Origin: Patescibacteria group bacterium
GTDB lineage: Bacteria; Patescibacteriota; Doudnabacteria; UBA920
DNA: 64,000 bases
Direction of reading: 5' to 3'
Assembly: GCA_023484515.1 (NCBI GenBank)
Contig: JAMDAY010000010.1
Coordinates: 5,131 to 69,130 of the forward strand
Numbering within the stretch: position 1 is the first letter of the stretch; each line of letters begins with the position of its first letter. A program made the position numbers and the translations under genes. Below the pieces are notes generated by a model. It did no database searches and was not told the origin of the DNA. It saw only the letters and a list, made by a program, of their open reading frames with translations. Positions 38,952 to 49,044 of the stretch are shown in pieces.

Positions 38952-39653
38952 ATGGTAAATTTGTTAAAAAAAATAATACAATCGGCAGAGGTAAGGTATG
39001 CGGAAAAGATAGCATTGCAGGAAGACGCCCCTGTCCTTGCATTGCTGGGAAAGCAGTATCAAAATATGCAGGTTTTTTCATTGTTAGAAGCTGGTTCAGG
39101 CAGGGGCAGGTTTGCCGACCTTCTAAAAAAGGAATTTCCCAACATGCGCCTGACATGCTTGGAAATAAACGAGGATCTGGCAAGGCAAACCATGGAGCGG
39201 GGCATAGAAACCGCGACAGGGGATATCCTGGAGGCCAATTTGCCTCTTGCGAGTTTTGACGTAATCCATGCTTCCCATATTATTGAACATTTTAGCTATC
39301 CGGCCATTGCCCGCTTATTGGATAAACTGGCTTCGCTTTTAAAGCCCGGAGGGTTCTTAATAATCAGGAGCCCTCTCTGGCATCCGGGTTTTTATGGAGA
39401 TATTGACCACGTCAGGCCTTATCCGCCCGGGACAATATTGCACTATTTTAACGAAACCCAGCAACAGCATAAAGGGCAGGCAAACATTGTTGAAATATCA
39501 AGGTGGTATCGCCGCCATGCTTGGCAGATGCAGAATACGGAAAAATCTCAGTTTGGCAAAGTTTTAAATGGTTTGTTTAAGGGGTTATGGTTGCTATTCC
39601 GTTTTCCCCGCTCTTCCCCCAACGGGTATGTGAGCGTATTTCAAAAAAATTAG
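38952..39653 (+). CDS. Class I SAM-dependent methyltransferase
   Basis: LEAGSGRG, FDVIHASHIIEH, LKPGG. Confidence 0.88.
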   Translation: MVNLLKKIIQSAEVRYAEKIALQEDAPVLALLGKQYQNMQVFSLLEAGSGRGRFADLLKKEFPNMRLTCLEINEDLARQTMERGIETATGDILEANLPLASFDVIHASHIIEHFSYPAIARLLDKLASLLKPGGFLIIRSPLWHPGFYGDIDHVRPYPPGTILHYFNETQQQHKGQANIVEISRWYRRHAWQMQNTEKSQFGKVLNGLFKGLWLLFRFPRSSPNGYVSVFQKN

Positions 39654-39668
39654 CGAAACGGAGTCATA

Positions 39669-40691
39669 ATGGCTGGACAAATAATTAAAATATTTTCCGA
39701 AAAGATATTTCTTGCGTCCGTGCAGAAACACGAAATAATAATGTATCCTTTTTGGGGGGACAATGGCGAAGATTTGCGAGAACCCACGACCGGGCGGTTT
39801 GAAGAATATGTCAATCGGACTAAAGAAATATTTAAGTTGGTTAGCCTTAAGGAATGCGATTTTGCCGTGTTACCGGGCCAGTGGAATGCGCAAAGCAGCG
39901 AGGCGCGGGATTTTCTTTTCCAAGCGGAACAGGCCGGCAAACCGACAGTGGTATTTTTTAATTCCGACTCAACGGAGGACATTCCGGTAAAAAACGGTTT
40001 TATTTTTAGGACTTCGTTTTACCAAAGTTCCAAAAAATCCAACGAATATGCCATGCCGGGGTGGAGCGAGGATTTTGTGGAAAGATATTATGGCAACCAA
40101 CTACCCCTTCGGCAAAAATCGGAGAAACCGGTTGTCAGTTATTGCGGTTACGGCAGGAACTGGAAGTATTACCTGAAAGAAATTTTGGGACGGCCCATTC
40201 ATCCGGGCGAAAGAATCCGCGGGCAGGCAATGGCTCTTTTGCGGAAGTGCGCGAAGGTTGAAACCAATTTTAAGCTGCGCCGCGGGTACTGGGCTGACGC
40301 TTTTATTTACAATAATCCCGCGCATATGATGCAGGTCAGGAAAGAATTTGTGGAAAATTTGGCTGCGGGAGACTATGCTTTGTGCGCGCGCGGGGGCGGC
40401 AATTTTTCTTACCGCTTATACGAAGCCTTAAGCCTGGGCCGCATTCCCGTATTTATAAACACGGACTGCGTTTTGCCATATGAGCAATTTATAGACTGGA
40501 AGAAGATTTGCGTGTGGGTGGAAGAATCCGAAATTGGTAAAATCGGGGAAAAAATTATTGCTTACCATAACCGGTTGTCGCCCGAAGATTTCGCCAAACG
40601 CCAGCAGGAGATCCGCAAAATCTGGGAGGAATGGATTTCCCCTTATGGTTTTTTTAAGAATTTGCACAAAATTATATTGCAGAAAAAATAA
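39669..40691 (+). CDS. Exostosin-family (GT47-like) protein
   Basis: YALCARGGGNFSYRLYEALSLGRIPV, LPYE..IDW. Confidence 0.8.
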   Translation: MAGQIIKIFSEKIFLASVQKHEIIMYPFWGDNGEDLREPTTGRFEEYVNRTKEIFKLVSLKECDFAVLPGQWNAQSSEARDFLFQAEQAGKPTVVFFNSDSTEDIPVKNGFIFRTSFYQSSKKSNEYAMPGWSEDFVERYYGNQLPLRQKSEKPVVSYCGYGRNWKYYLKEILGRPIHPGERIRGQAMALLRKCAKVETNFKLRRGYWADAFIYNNPAHMMQVRKEFVENLAAGDYALCARGGGNFSYRLYEALSLGRIPVFINTDCVLPYEQFIDWKKICVWVEESEIGKIGEKIIAYHNRLSPEDFAKRQQEIRKIWEEWISPYGFFKNLHKIILQKK

Positions 40692-40701
40692 CCAGTTTTA
40701 T

Positions 40702-41490
40702 ATGTCCCTACCAGCATCCATAAAAAAAATTATCAAGCCTGCCGTAATGCGCCTAAAGCCTGTTTTGGAATCTATCTTTCAGCTTGAATCGAAAATTTCA
40801 CGGTTTTGGGCTGGCAGCGCCCACAAAAGGTTGATGTTTGTCCAATGGGCGCTGCCTCCGCAGCCTGAGTGTTTTGACCATCACATTGACCTTTACTATT
40901 ACTGGCTGGCCAGCCGCAATCCTTTGTGGGTGGAGCGGGGAGTGTTCGGCAGCCTGGCCCTGAAAGGAGGGGACGTACTGGAGCTTGCCTGCGGCGACGG
41001 GTTTAATGCAAGAAATTTTTACAGCCTCCGTTCCAAAGAAGTCATTGCCTGCGACTTTGACCCGAAAGCGATAAAAACCGCCCGGAAGAAAAATTCCGCC
41101 CCTAATGTCAAATTCCTGCTGGCTGACATCCGTAAAGATATGCCCCGGGGAAAATTTGAAAATATAGTCTGGGATGCGGCCATTGAACACTTTACCCCTG
41201 GAGAAATAAATAAACTAATGGCCGAAATTAAAAACCGCCTTGTTGCCGGCGGGATCCTTAGCGGTTATACCATTGTTGAGCGCAAAGAAGGAAAATCCCT
41301 TTCCCACCATGAATACGAGTTTAAGGACAAACAGGATTTGTTAAGGTTTTTAACTCCTTACTTTAAGCACGTTACGGTATTTGAAACAATTTATCCTTCC
41401 AGGCACAATCTCTATTTTTGGGCTTCCGACGGAACCCTGCCTTTTAGGGATGGCTGGAGCTTTATGGCAACAGAACATATAAATGGATAA
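40702..41490 (+). CDS. Class I SAM-dependent methyltransferase
   Basis: VLELACGDG, AIEHF; likely start ATG 40702. Confidence 0.82.
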   Translation: MSLPASIKKIIKPAVMRLKPVLESIFQLESKISRFWAGSAHKRLMFVQWALPPQPECFDHHIDLYYYWLASRNPLWVERGVFGSLALKGGDVLELACGDGFNARNFYSLRSKEVIACDFDPKAIKTARKKNSAPNVKFLLADIRKDMPRGKFENIVWDAAIEHFTPGEINKLMAEIKNRLVAGGILSGYTIVERKEGKSLSHHEYEFKDKQDLLRFLTPYFKHVTVFETIYPSRHNLYFWASDGTLPFRDGWSFMATEHING

Positions 41491-42250
41491 TACTGCAAAC
41501 CAACAATTGGCAATAGTGGTATCTTCCTGCGACGCTTACAGCGACGTCTGGCCGGCGTTTTTTACCTTGTTTTTCCGCTACTGGCCGGACTGCCCGTATC
41601 AGGTTTATCTAATAGGCAATAAACAGTCCTGGCCGGACACAAGAATAAAGACCATATTGATTAATCCTGACCGCCGCTGGTCAGACAACTTAAGGGCCGC
41701 TTTGGATCAGGTAAGGGAAAAATATATATTATACATGCAGGAAGATTATTTGCTGCAAGCCAAAGTTGATGCCAATAAGATCAGTCAATTGTTTAACTTT
41801 GTAATTCAGGAAAAGGCAGCGTGTTTGCGTTTGCAGCCCACGCCCGGGCCGGACCTGCCGTATCAAAATAATCCGGAAATTGGGGAAATTAGCAAAACAG
41901 AGGATTACCGCGTATCCCTGCAAGCGGCCATTTGGGATAAGCAGGCCATGCTGTCTTTGCTGGCGGACGGGGAAGACGGCTGGCAGATGGAATTTGAAGG
42001 CACTAAAAGATCAAGGCAGGTGCCAATGAAGTTTTTAAGCGTTAAGAGAGATGTGCCGCGGCCTTTGCCTTATTTTTGCACGGCCGTGCTAAAGGGAAAA
42101 TGGATGAGGCAGGCGGTGGAGTTTTGCCGGAAAGAAAATATTGCAATTGATACGGGCAAAAGGCCGGTTCGGTCGTTTGCGGACGACTTCAAGGACAAAG
42201 CCAAAGGTTTGGCCGTAAAAATTTATTTTGCCTTAAAGCCAAAGAAATGA
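41483..42250 (+). CDS. GT-A-fold glycosyltransferase-like protein
   Basis: VVSSCDAYSDVW, YMQEDY, SLQAAIW. Confidence 0.65.
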   Translation: MDNTANQQLAIVVSSCDAYSDVWPAFFTLFFRYWPDCPYQVYLIGNKQSWPDTRIKTILINPDRRWSDNLRAALDQVREKYILYMQEDYLLQAKVDANKISQLFNFVIQEKAACLRLQPTPGPDLPYQNNPEIGEISKTEDYRVSLQAAIWDKQAMLSLLADGEDGWQMEFEGTKRSRQVPMKFLSVKRDVPRPLPYFCTAVLKGKWMRQAVEFCRKENIAIDTGKRPVRSFADDFKDKAKGLAVKIYFALKPKK

Positions 42251-43179
42251 ATTACCAATTCTGCACGCTATTTGATAAAAATTATTTATACAATGGCCTG
42301 GCTTTGCATGCTTCCTTGCTTCGGCATTGCAGCAATTTTACCCTTTGGATTTTATGTTTGGACGAGACTGCTTACCGGATTTTGTCAAAACTGGATCTAA
42401 AAAAGGCCAAGTTAGTCAGCCTGGCGGAATTTGAAAATGAAGATCTTTTGCGGGTAAAACAAAACCGCACGGCAGGGGAATACGCCTGGACTTGCGCCGC
42501 CAATTTCTGCAAATACGTCTTAGAAAAATATCAACCGGACAGCATTACTTATTTGGACAGCGACGTATATTTTTTTAGCGGCCCGGACGAAATTTTTAAA
42601 GAAATAGGTTCTGCCGATATTGCCATAATTGAACACCGTTACAGCAAAGAATATAGCCATTTGGAAAAGCAGAGCGGCACGTTCTGCGTGGAGTGGGTAA
42701 CTTTTAAAAATTCGGAAGAAGGAGCAAAGGCGGTAAACTGGTGGAGCAAGAAGGTGCTGGAGTGGTGCTATGCCAGATACGAAGACGGCAAATTCGGCGA
42801 CCAGTTATATTTAAACGACTGGCCGCGGCGTTTTCAGGGGGTGCATATTATTGAGCATAAAGGCGCCGGCCTGGCTCCTTGGAATTTGAGAAATTATGCT
42901 TTGCAAATCCAAGGCAGCCAAATTTTAACAGGAGGCCAAAATTTAATTTTTTATCATTTTCATACTTTCCATCCCATAAGCTATAATTTATACGTCCGCG
43001 CCATTGGTTACGGGTTACCCAGGCAGGCAGCCCGGTTAATTTACCGCCCATATATAATAGCTATAAAACAGTCCATAGACGCGGTAAAAAATACAGACAG
43101 GAATTTTAATTTTGGCTTCCGGAAATTCAATATTAAAGAATTTTTTGGGGAAAAGATAAAAACTTTTTTAAATCACTGA
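42247..43179 (+). CDS. GT-A-fold glycosyltransferase
   Basis: FCTLFDKNY, YLDSDVYF, GDQLYLNDW, LAPWN, FYHFH. Confidence 0.75.
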   Translation: MNYQFCTLFDKNYLYNGLALHASLLRHCSNFTLWILCLDETAYRILSKLDLKKAKLVSLAEFENEDLLRVKQNRTAGEYAWTCAANFCKYVLEKYQPDSITYLDSDVYFFSGPDEIFKEIGSADIAIIEHRYSKEYSHLEKQSGTFCVEWVTFKNSEEGAKAVNWWSKKVLEWCYARYEDGKFGDQLYLNDWPRRFQGVHIIEHKGAGLAPWNLRNYALQIQGSQILTGGQNLIFYHFHTFHPISYNLYVRAIGYGLPRQAARLIYRPYIIAIKQSIDAVKNTDRNFNFGFRKFNIKEFFGEKIKTFLNH

Positions 43180-43180
43180 A

Positions 43181-44338
43181 ATGTCCACTGGAAAAATTTT
43201 AATTTTAGACAGCTATTACGGAGCAGTGCTTAAGGATTTTTACCGGAAACATCCGGAAGTTTTGAGCTTGCCTTTTAAGGAACTGCGTGAAAAACTTATG
43301 GAATTAAAATTCGGCACTTCGGATTTCTATTCCAAGAACCTTAACAAACTCGGCTGGGACGCCCAGGAATTCGTGGTCAACGATCCCGTTTCCCAGGGGG
43401 CGTGGCTTAAGGAGTATGGCTTAAAGGAAAATCTTTTTCCCCGGCTAGTCTCCGTCTTGTCGCGAGTGCCGAAAGCGGGAGTGGTTTTTCAGCGGCTGGA
43501 TAATATTCTTAACTGGGGCTCTTTATACCAAATTGTCAAAAAACAGATTGACATGCTGCGGCCTGACGTGGTATACATACAGAATATTTCTGCTTTCAGT
43601 CCCTTGTTTTTACAAACCATTAAGCCTAAGATAAAATTGTTGGCCGGACAAATTGCGTATGCCAAGCCGCCGGCCAAATATTTCCGTCCATACGATTTAA
43701 TCCTGACTTCTTTGCCTAATTACGTCAAGGATTTTCGGGACCAAGGCTTAAGCGCGGAGTATTTGAAGCTGGGTTTTGAGGGCGGCTTGGTCAAAGAATT
43801 GCAGAAAAATCCTTCGTTGTCGCACAATGCAGTGCATATCGGGGGATACGGCAAAATTCACAATGAAAGGAATGAAGTTTTGGAAGCGGTGGCAAAGGAC
43901 AAGGGCATAGACATTAAGTTTTGGGGTTACGGAACATCCAATTTGCCGGAAAGCAGTTTGATTAAGAAAAATTACCAAGGACAAGCGTGGGGGCTGGATC
44001 GTCTGCGGATTTTTTATAACAGCAAAATCACCCTGACCAAGCACATAACCGCAGTGGCTGGCGGTTATGCCAATAATATGACGCTTTATGAGGCTACGGG
44101 CAGCGGCATTTTTTTGATTACCGACTGGAAGCAAAACTTGCCGGAACTTTTTACGCCGGGAGAGGAAGTGGAGACCTATAGATCCGTTCCGGAATTGATT
44201 GACAAACTCAAATACTATCTAAGCCACGACAAGGAAAGGGAAAAAATTGCCCAAGCCGGGCAAGCCAGAACTTTAAGGGAACATACTTATGAAAAAAGAA
44301 TGGAAGAATTAACGCAAATTATTAATAAATACTTATGA
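43181..44338 (+). CDS. CgeB-like glycosyltransferase
   Basis: NNMTLYEATGSG, HTYEKR. Confidence 0.82.
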   Translation: MSTGKILILDSYYGAVLKDFYRKHPEVLSLPFKELREKLMELKFGTSDFYSKNLNKLGWDAQEFVVNDPVSQGAWLKEYGLKENLFPRLVSVLSRVPKAGVVFQRLDNILNWGSLYQIVKKQIDMLRPDVVYIQNISAFSPLFLQTIKPKIKLLAGQIAYAKPPAKYFRPYDLILTSLPNYVKDFRDQGLSAEYLKLGFEGGLVKELQKNPSLSHNAVHIGGYGKIHNERNEVLEAVAKDKGIDIKFWGYGTSNLPESSLIKKNYQGQAWGLDRLRIFYNSKITLTKHITAVAGGYANNMTLYEATGSGIFLITDWKQNLPELFTPGEEVETYRSVPELIDKLKYYLSHDKEREKIAQAGQARTLREHTYEKRMEELTQIINKYL

Positions 44339-45096
44339 AACCTATGGGCAAAAGAACAAACAAGCAGGGGGAGAAGGCGGGAATTTTGGGTTACGGAGAA
44401 GTGGGCAAGGCAATCGCGCGTTTTTACAGGCAGCCATACATAAAAGATTTGGAATTTGACCGTTTCCCGGAAAAGCTGGATGTTTTGAATGTTTGTACTC
44501 CGCCAAGCAAGCAGTTTATTAAATTCGTATCGGAGTTGATCATAAAACATAAGCCAGAGCTTGTAATAATCCATTCCACCGTGCCGGCCGGCACGACAAA
44601 GCAGCTTTATAAGAAATTTAAAAACGTGGTCCATTCCCCGATCCGCGGCGTTCATCCATTCTTGTTTGAAGGGGTAAAAACTTTTGTAAAATATGTGGGG
44701 GCAGACAACCAGGACTTGGGCGAGCGGGCGGCAAAGCATCTTAAGCGGATAGGCATTAAGAAAGTAAAAATTTTTACCCCGTCTGAAACCACGGAACTGG
44801 GAAAACTTTTGGATACGACCTATTATGGTTTGTGCATTGCTTTCCATTCTTATGCGGAAAAAATTTGCAAAAAAACGGGAACGGATTTTGAAAAAGTGAT
44901 GAAAGATTTTAACGAAAGTTATAACCGGGGATATCTTAGGCTTGGCAAAAGCAATGTGGTGCGGCCGGTCCTGTTTGCGCCGAAAGACGGCCATATAGGC
45001 GGGCATTGCATAATGCCGAACGCGGAAATTTTAAAAGAGCAGTTTGGCGGCGATTTAATTCTAGACAGCTTGTTGAGGCATAAAAATAACAAATAA
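44335..45096 (+). CDS. Short UDP-glucose/GDP-mannose dehydrogenase family protein
   Basis: GYGEVG, HSTVPAGTT, ELGKL, IGGHC; no C-terminal domain. Confidence 0.72.
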   Translation: MKPMGKRTNKQGEKAGILGYGEVGKAIARFYRQPYIKDLEFDRFPEKLDVLNVCTPPSKQFIKFVSELIIKHKPELVIIHSTVPAGTTKQLYKKFKNVVHSPIRGVHPFLFEGVKTFVKYVGADNQDLGERAAKHLKRIGIKKVKIFTPSETTELGKLLDTTYYGLCIAFHSYAEKICKKTGTDFEKVMKDFNESYNRGYLRLGKSNVVRPVLFAPKDGHIGGHCIMPNAEILKEQFGGDLILDSLLRHKNNK

Positions 45097-45101
45097 AATT
45101 G

Positions 45102-45839
45102 ATGCGGAAAAACTTAAGGCATAAATTATTCCAGTGGCGCGCGCGGCATAGTTTCCGGCCTTCGTGGTATTCGGTTTTGGTAAACCCTTATTTTATTGCG
45201 CGCTGGTATTTGTACCGCAGCATAAGCAAGTTCGCGGGAACCGTTTCCAATAAAAAAATTTTAGATATCGGCTGCGGCATCAAGCCTTATCAGCCTTTGT
45301 TTAAAGACTGCGAATACTTGGGCATTGAAGTCGGCAACGACCGCCAAATTTCCCCGTTTGCCGACAAAATTTACGACGGCGAACATGTGCCTTACCAAGA
45401 CGCTAGCTTTGACGCTGTTTTATGCACCCAGGTCTTGGAGCACGCCAATCATCCAGACCAGCTCGTCAAAGAAATCCGCCGCGTCCTCAAGCCGGGCGGC
45501 CTGGCTTACATTACCATGCCGTTCGTCTGGAACGAGCACGAAAAGCCGTATGACTTCCGCCGCTTTACCAGTTTTGAGCATAACCGTCTGCTAAATAGCC
45601 AAAACCTGGACATCCGGTCAATTTCTCCCACCTGCGGAGTGTTCGGCGTGTGCGGCCAGCTTATATCCGCTTATATTGTGGAAACTTTCGGCACCCGGTA
45701 TAATATAGTGTATCAGCTTGTAACGCTTTTGCTGTGCGCGCCAATGCAAATTATTTTTTTAGCGTTGGACGGAATTTTTAAGAACAATTGGATAACTTTA
45801 GACTACGTAATTATTGCGGAAAAAAATGCCCAAGAATAA
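45102..45839 (+). CDS. Class I SAM-dependent methyltransferase
   Basis: LDIGCGIKPY, TQVLEH, LKPGG, PYDFRRFT. Confidence 0.88.
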   Translation: MRKNLRHKLFQWRARHSFRPSWYSVLVNPYFIARWYLYRSISKFAGTVSNKKILDIGCGIKPYQPLFKDCEYLGIEVGNDRQISPFADKIYDGEHVPYQDASFDAVLCTQVLEHANHPDQLVKEIRRVLKPGGLAYITMPFVWNEHEKPYDFRRFTSFEHNRLLNSQNLDIRSISPTCGVFGVCGQLISAYIVETFGTRYNIVYQLVTLLLCAPMQIIFLALDGIFKNNWITLDYVIIAEKNAQE

Positions 45840-46260
45840 TTTAAAAATTAAAGTAAAAAATTCCGGCCTGGTGAAAATGCAGTTTTTTAACGACTTTCCG
45901 GACGGCAACCTGGTAATCGGCGAGGCCAACAAGAATGTGCCGTTTGCCATTAAGCGGGTATACTTTATTAACAACCTGCTCAACAAGAAATCGGTGCGCG
46001 GCAAGCATGCGCACAAAAAGCTGGAGCAGGTAATTTTTTGCGTGAACGGGAAATTTACCTTAAGTTTGGACGACGGGAAAAACCGGCAAAAAATTACGCT
46101 GGACAGCCCGTATTTCGGCGTCCGGCTTGGCCCGCGTCTGTGGCACACTATGAGCAGCTTTTCTTCCGACTGCGTAATTTTGGTACTGGCCGACAATTAT
46201 TATAAGGAAAGCGACTACATTAGGGATTACGGCAAATTTTTAAAATACGTTAGGCAATAA
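45826..46260 (+). CDS. FdtA/QdtA-family sugar 3,4-ketoisomerase (cupin)
   Basis: VPFAIKRVY, RGKHAHK, LVLA..Y.E.DYIRDY. Confidence 0.9.
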   Translation: MPKNNLKIKVKNSGLVKMQFFNDFPDGNLVIGEANKNVPFAIKRVYFINNLLNKKSVRGKHAHKKLEQVIFCVNGKFTLSLDDGKNRQKITLDSPYFGVRLGPRLWHTMSSFSSDCVILVLADNYYKESDYIRDYGKFLKYVRQ

Positions 46261-46263
46261 ACC

Positions 46264-47361
46264 ATGGTCCCATTTTTAGATTTAACCAGGGAGTGGAATT
46301 TTTTTGAAGCTGAATTCCTGCGGGCCTTTGAAAATTTCGGGCGCGGCGGGCATTATGTTTTGGGCCCGCTGGCGGAAAAATTTGAACAGGATTTTGCCGC
46401 CTTTACAGGTTACAAATACGCGGTTGGTGTTTCTTCGGGCCTGGCCGCTTTGGAAGCGGCGCTTAAAGCTTATGGCATTGGCGCGGGCGACGAAGTCATC
46501 ACAGTCCCCAATAGCGCAGTGGCCACGGCTTTGGCCGTTACCAATATCGGAGCCAAGCCTGTGTTTTGCGACGTGGGCGAAGATTTCTTAATTGACCCCG
46601 GGGAAATAGAAAAATATATCACAGACAAGACCAAGGCGATTTTGCCGGTCCACCTTTTTGGCAAGGTCTGCGATATGGCAAGTATCAACAAAATTGCGAA
46701 ACAACATAACCTGGCTGTCATTGAAGACTCCTGCCAGGCCCATGGCGCGGAATTCAAGGGAGAGGGCGCAACTAACACCAAGGCCTTCAGCTTCTATCCG
46801 ACCAAAAATCTCGGCGCTTTGGGCGAGGCGGGGGTGGTGGTGACCAACGACGAAAAGGTAAAAAATTTTACCGCTTCTTTCCGCGATTACGGCCAGAAAG
46901 GCCGGTATAACCACGTGATTTTGGGGAACAACTACCGGATAGACGCATTGCAGTGCGCATTTATGGAAATTAAGTTGCGGCATTTGCGGGAGTTTACCGG
47001 GAAGCGGAGGGGAATTGCGAAAAAATATATCCGCGCGCTGGCAAAAATTGCCGGCCTGGCCATTTTGCCGTTTGACGAAACCGCTTGCTATCATTTGTTC
47101 GTGGTGCGGGTGCTTAACGGCCGGCGCAACGAATTAAAATTGTTTTTGGAACACAAAGGCATAACCGCCTTGGTGCACTATCCGGCTTTAATTTACCGGC
47201 AGCCTTGCTATTGCGGCGTTTACCCCCATACCAGCCTGGCCAAGGCCGAAGCCTTGCAGGAAGAAATTTTGTCCTTGCCCTGCTACCCGTTTTTAACCGA
47301 AGCCGAACAGGACGAAGTAATAAATAACCTCCAAACTTTTTTTAATGGACCAGTTGCCTAA
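46264..47361 (+). CDS. DegT/FdtB-like sugar aminotransferase
   Basis: PVHLFG, EDSCQAHGA, SFYPTKNLGALGEAG. Confidence 0.9.
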   Translation: MVPFLDLTREWNFFEAEFLRAFENFGRGGHYVLGPLAEKFEQDFAAFTGYKYAVGVSSGLAALEAALKAYGIGAGDEVITVPNSAVATALAVTNIGAKPVFCDVGEDFLIDPGEIEKYITDKTKAILPVHLFGKVCDMASINKIAKQHNLAVIEDSCQAHGAEFKGEGATNTKAFSFYPTKNLGALGEAGVVVTNDEKVKNFTASFRDYGQKGRYNHVILGNNYRIDALQCAFMEIKLRHLREFTGKRRGIAKKYIRALAKIAGLAILPFDETACYHLFVVRVLNGRRNELKLFLEHKGITALVHYPALIYRQPCYCGVYPHTSLAKAEALQEEILSLPCYPFLTEAEQDEVINNLQTFFNGPVA

Positions 47362-48166
47362 AATTACGGTGGTGACCGCCAGCTTTAATTCGCAAGATTA
47401 CATTCGGCGGGCCATAGACAGCGTGCAGAGCCAGGCTTACCCCAACGTAGAGCATATAATAATGGACGGCGGGTCAACGGACGGCACTTTGGAAATTTTA
47501 AAGTCGTATGGCAATAAGATCAAGTGGTTTTCCGGGCCGGACCGGGGCATTTACGATGCGCTAAACAAAGGCTTTAAACAGGCGGCGGGCAGCGTTTTTA
47601 CCTGGCTTGACAGCGACAATTTTTATCTTTCGGAAAATGTCCTGTCAGCCGTTGCCCGGGCCTTTTCGCAGGACTCAAATTTAGATCTCGTGGTCACGAA
47701 CGGGAAAGTGGTTTATCCTGACCTTGATTTGGAGGAAAAAGTCAGGCCCAAAATTCCCGGTTATTTGGAATTGCTAAACCGCGGCAACCGGTTTATGCCG
47801 GAATGCATGTTTTATAAAAAGGAGCTTTATTTCCGCTCCGGCGGCTTAAACTTAAACTTGCGCCTGCTTTCCGATTACGAACTTTGGTTAAAGTTCTTCA
47901 GGCTCCGCCCTAAGGTCCAAAAGTTGGAAATGGAAAGCGCCGCCTATGTTGTGAGGCCGGACGCGCTGCTCCGCAAATCTCCGGTTCGGGCATGGCGGGA
48001 AACCTTTATAATTGGTAAAATGTATAAGCGGAGTCCGGCAGTAAGGCTTAAATTCAGGTTTGCTTTCCTTTGGGCCTTAGCCAGGTTTTATTTGGGAAGA
48101 GCGGTTAAAAAAAATTCGGTTTTAACGGGCATTTATAAAAGATACCGCAACTGGCGGCATAATTAA
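47345..48166 (+). CDS. Glycosyltransferase family 2
   Basis: DGGSTDGT, DRGIYDALNKG, WLDSD. Confidence 0.9.
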   Translation: MDQLPKITVVTASFNSQDYIRRAIDSVQSQAYPNVEHIIMDGGSTDGTLEILKSYGNKIKWFSGPDRGIYDALNKGFKQAAGSVFTWLDSDNFYLSENVLSAVARAFSQDSNLDLVVTNGKVVYPDLDLEEKVRPKIPGYLELLNRGNRFMPECMFYKKELYFRSGGLNLNLRLLSDYELWLKFFRLRPKVQKLEMESAAYVVRPDALLRKSPVRAWRETFIIGKMYKRSPAVRLKFRFAFLWALARFYLGRAVKKNSVLTGIYKRYRNWRHN

Positions 48167-48198
48167 CTTTATTTACAGACGGAAAGGATGCAAAAAAC

Positions 48199-49044
48199 AT
48201 GGAAACTAAAAAAATAGGAATTATGGGTTTGGGTTTTGTGGGAGGGGCGTTAATGCGATACTTCAAAACCCGGCCGGTATCGCTTTTTTTGTATGATAAA
48301 TATAAAAAGATAGGGTCTGTGGAAGAGGTAAATAAGGCTGATATAGTTTTTATTTGCGTGCCCACCCCTTTTTTAGATGGAAAAGGTTTTGACTTGTCAG
48401 CGGTGAAAGACGCCATTGGCGAACTGCAGGGCGCGAAAATTGTGGTTATCAAGTCCACCATTCTCCCGGGCACCACTGAAAATTTGCAAAAAACTTTCCC
48501 AAGGCACAAATTTTTATTCAATCCCGAATTTTTGCGCGAGGTTTCGCCTTATGAAGACCTTATACGGCCCGACCGGCAGATTTTAGGGAGCACCAAAGAA
48601 AGCCAGGCTGCGGCAAAGGAAGTTATGGGACTTTTGCCCAAAGCCCCGTTTGAAAAAATTATGCCCGCCACCGAAGCGGAAACGGTCAAATACATGGCAA
48701 ACTCCTTTTTGGCGCTAAAAGTGGTTTTTGCGAACGAGTTTTACGATATCTGCAAAGAAATAGGAATTGATTACGCGCTGGTCAAAGAGGCCGTAGTCAA
48801 AGACCCGCGCATTGGGGATTCGCATTTTGACGTAGGCCACGGCGGCTACCGCGGTTACGGCGGCTCCTGCTTCCCTAAAGACGTAAATGCAATTTTGCAA
48901 CTGGCCGAAGACAAAAAGGTCAGGGTGTCCTTGCTGAATGCCATGAGGAAGGCCAACAAGGAGCTGTTGGAAGAAAGCGGGCTTAACGAGGACTTTTTCC
49001 TGCAGGAATTGCATAAGAAAAAAAAGGAGGAGCAAAGGGCATGA
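48199..49044 (+). CDS. Short UDP-glucose dehydrogenase family protein
   Basis: GLGFVG, CVPTP, KST..PGTT, NPEFLRE, GYGGSCFPKD; lacks the C-terminal domain. Confidence 0.82.
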   Translation: METKKIGIMGLGFVGGALMRYFKTRPVSLFLYDKYKKIGSVEEVNKADIVFICVPTPFLDGKGFDLSAVKDAIGELQGAKIVVIKSTILPGTTENLQKTFPRHKFLFNPEFLREVSPYEDLIRPDRQILGSTKESQAAAKEVMGLLPKAPFEKIMPATEAETVKYMANSFLALKVVFANEFYDICKEIGIDYALVKEAVVKDPRIGDSHFDVGHGGYRGYGGSCFPKDVNAILQLAEDKKVRVSLLNAMRKANKELLEESGLNEDFFLQELHKKKKEEQRA

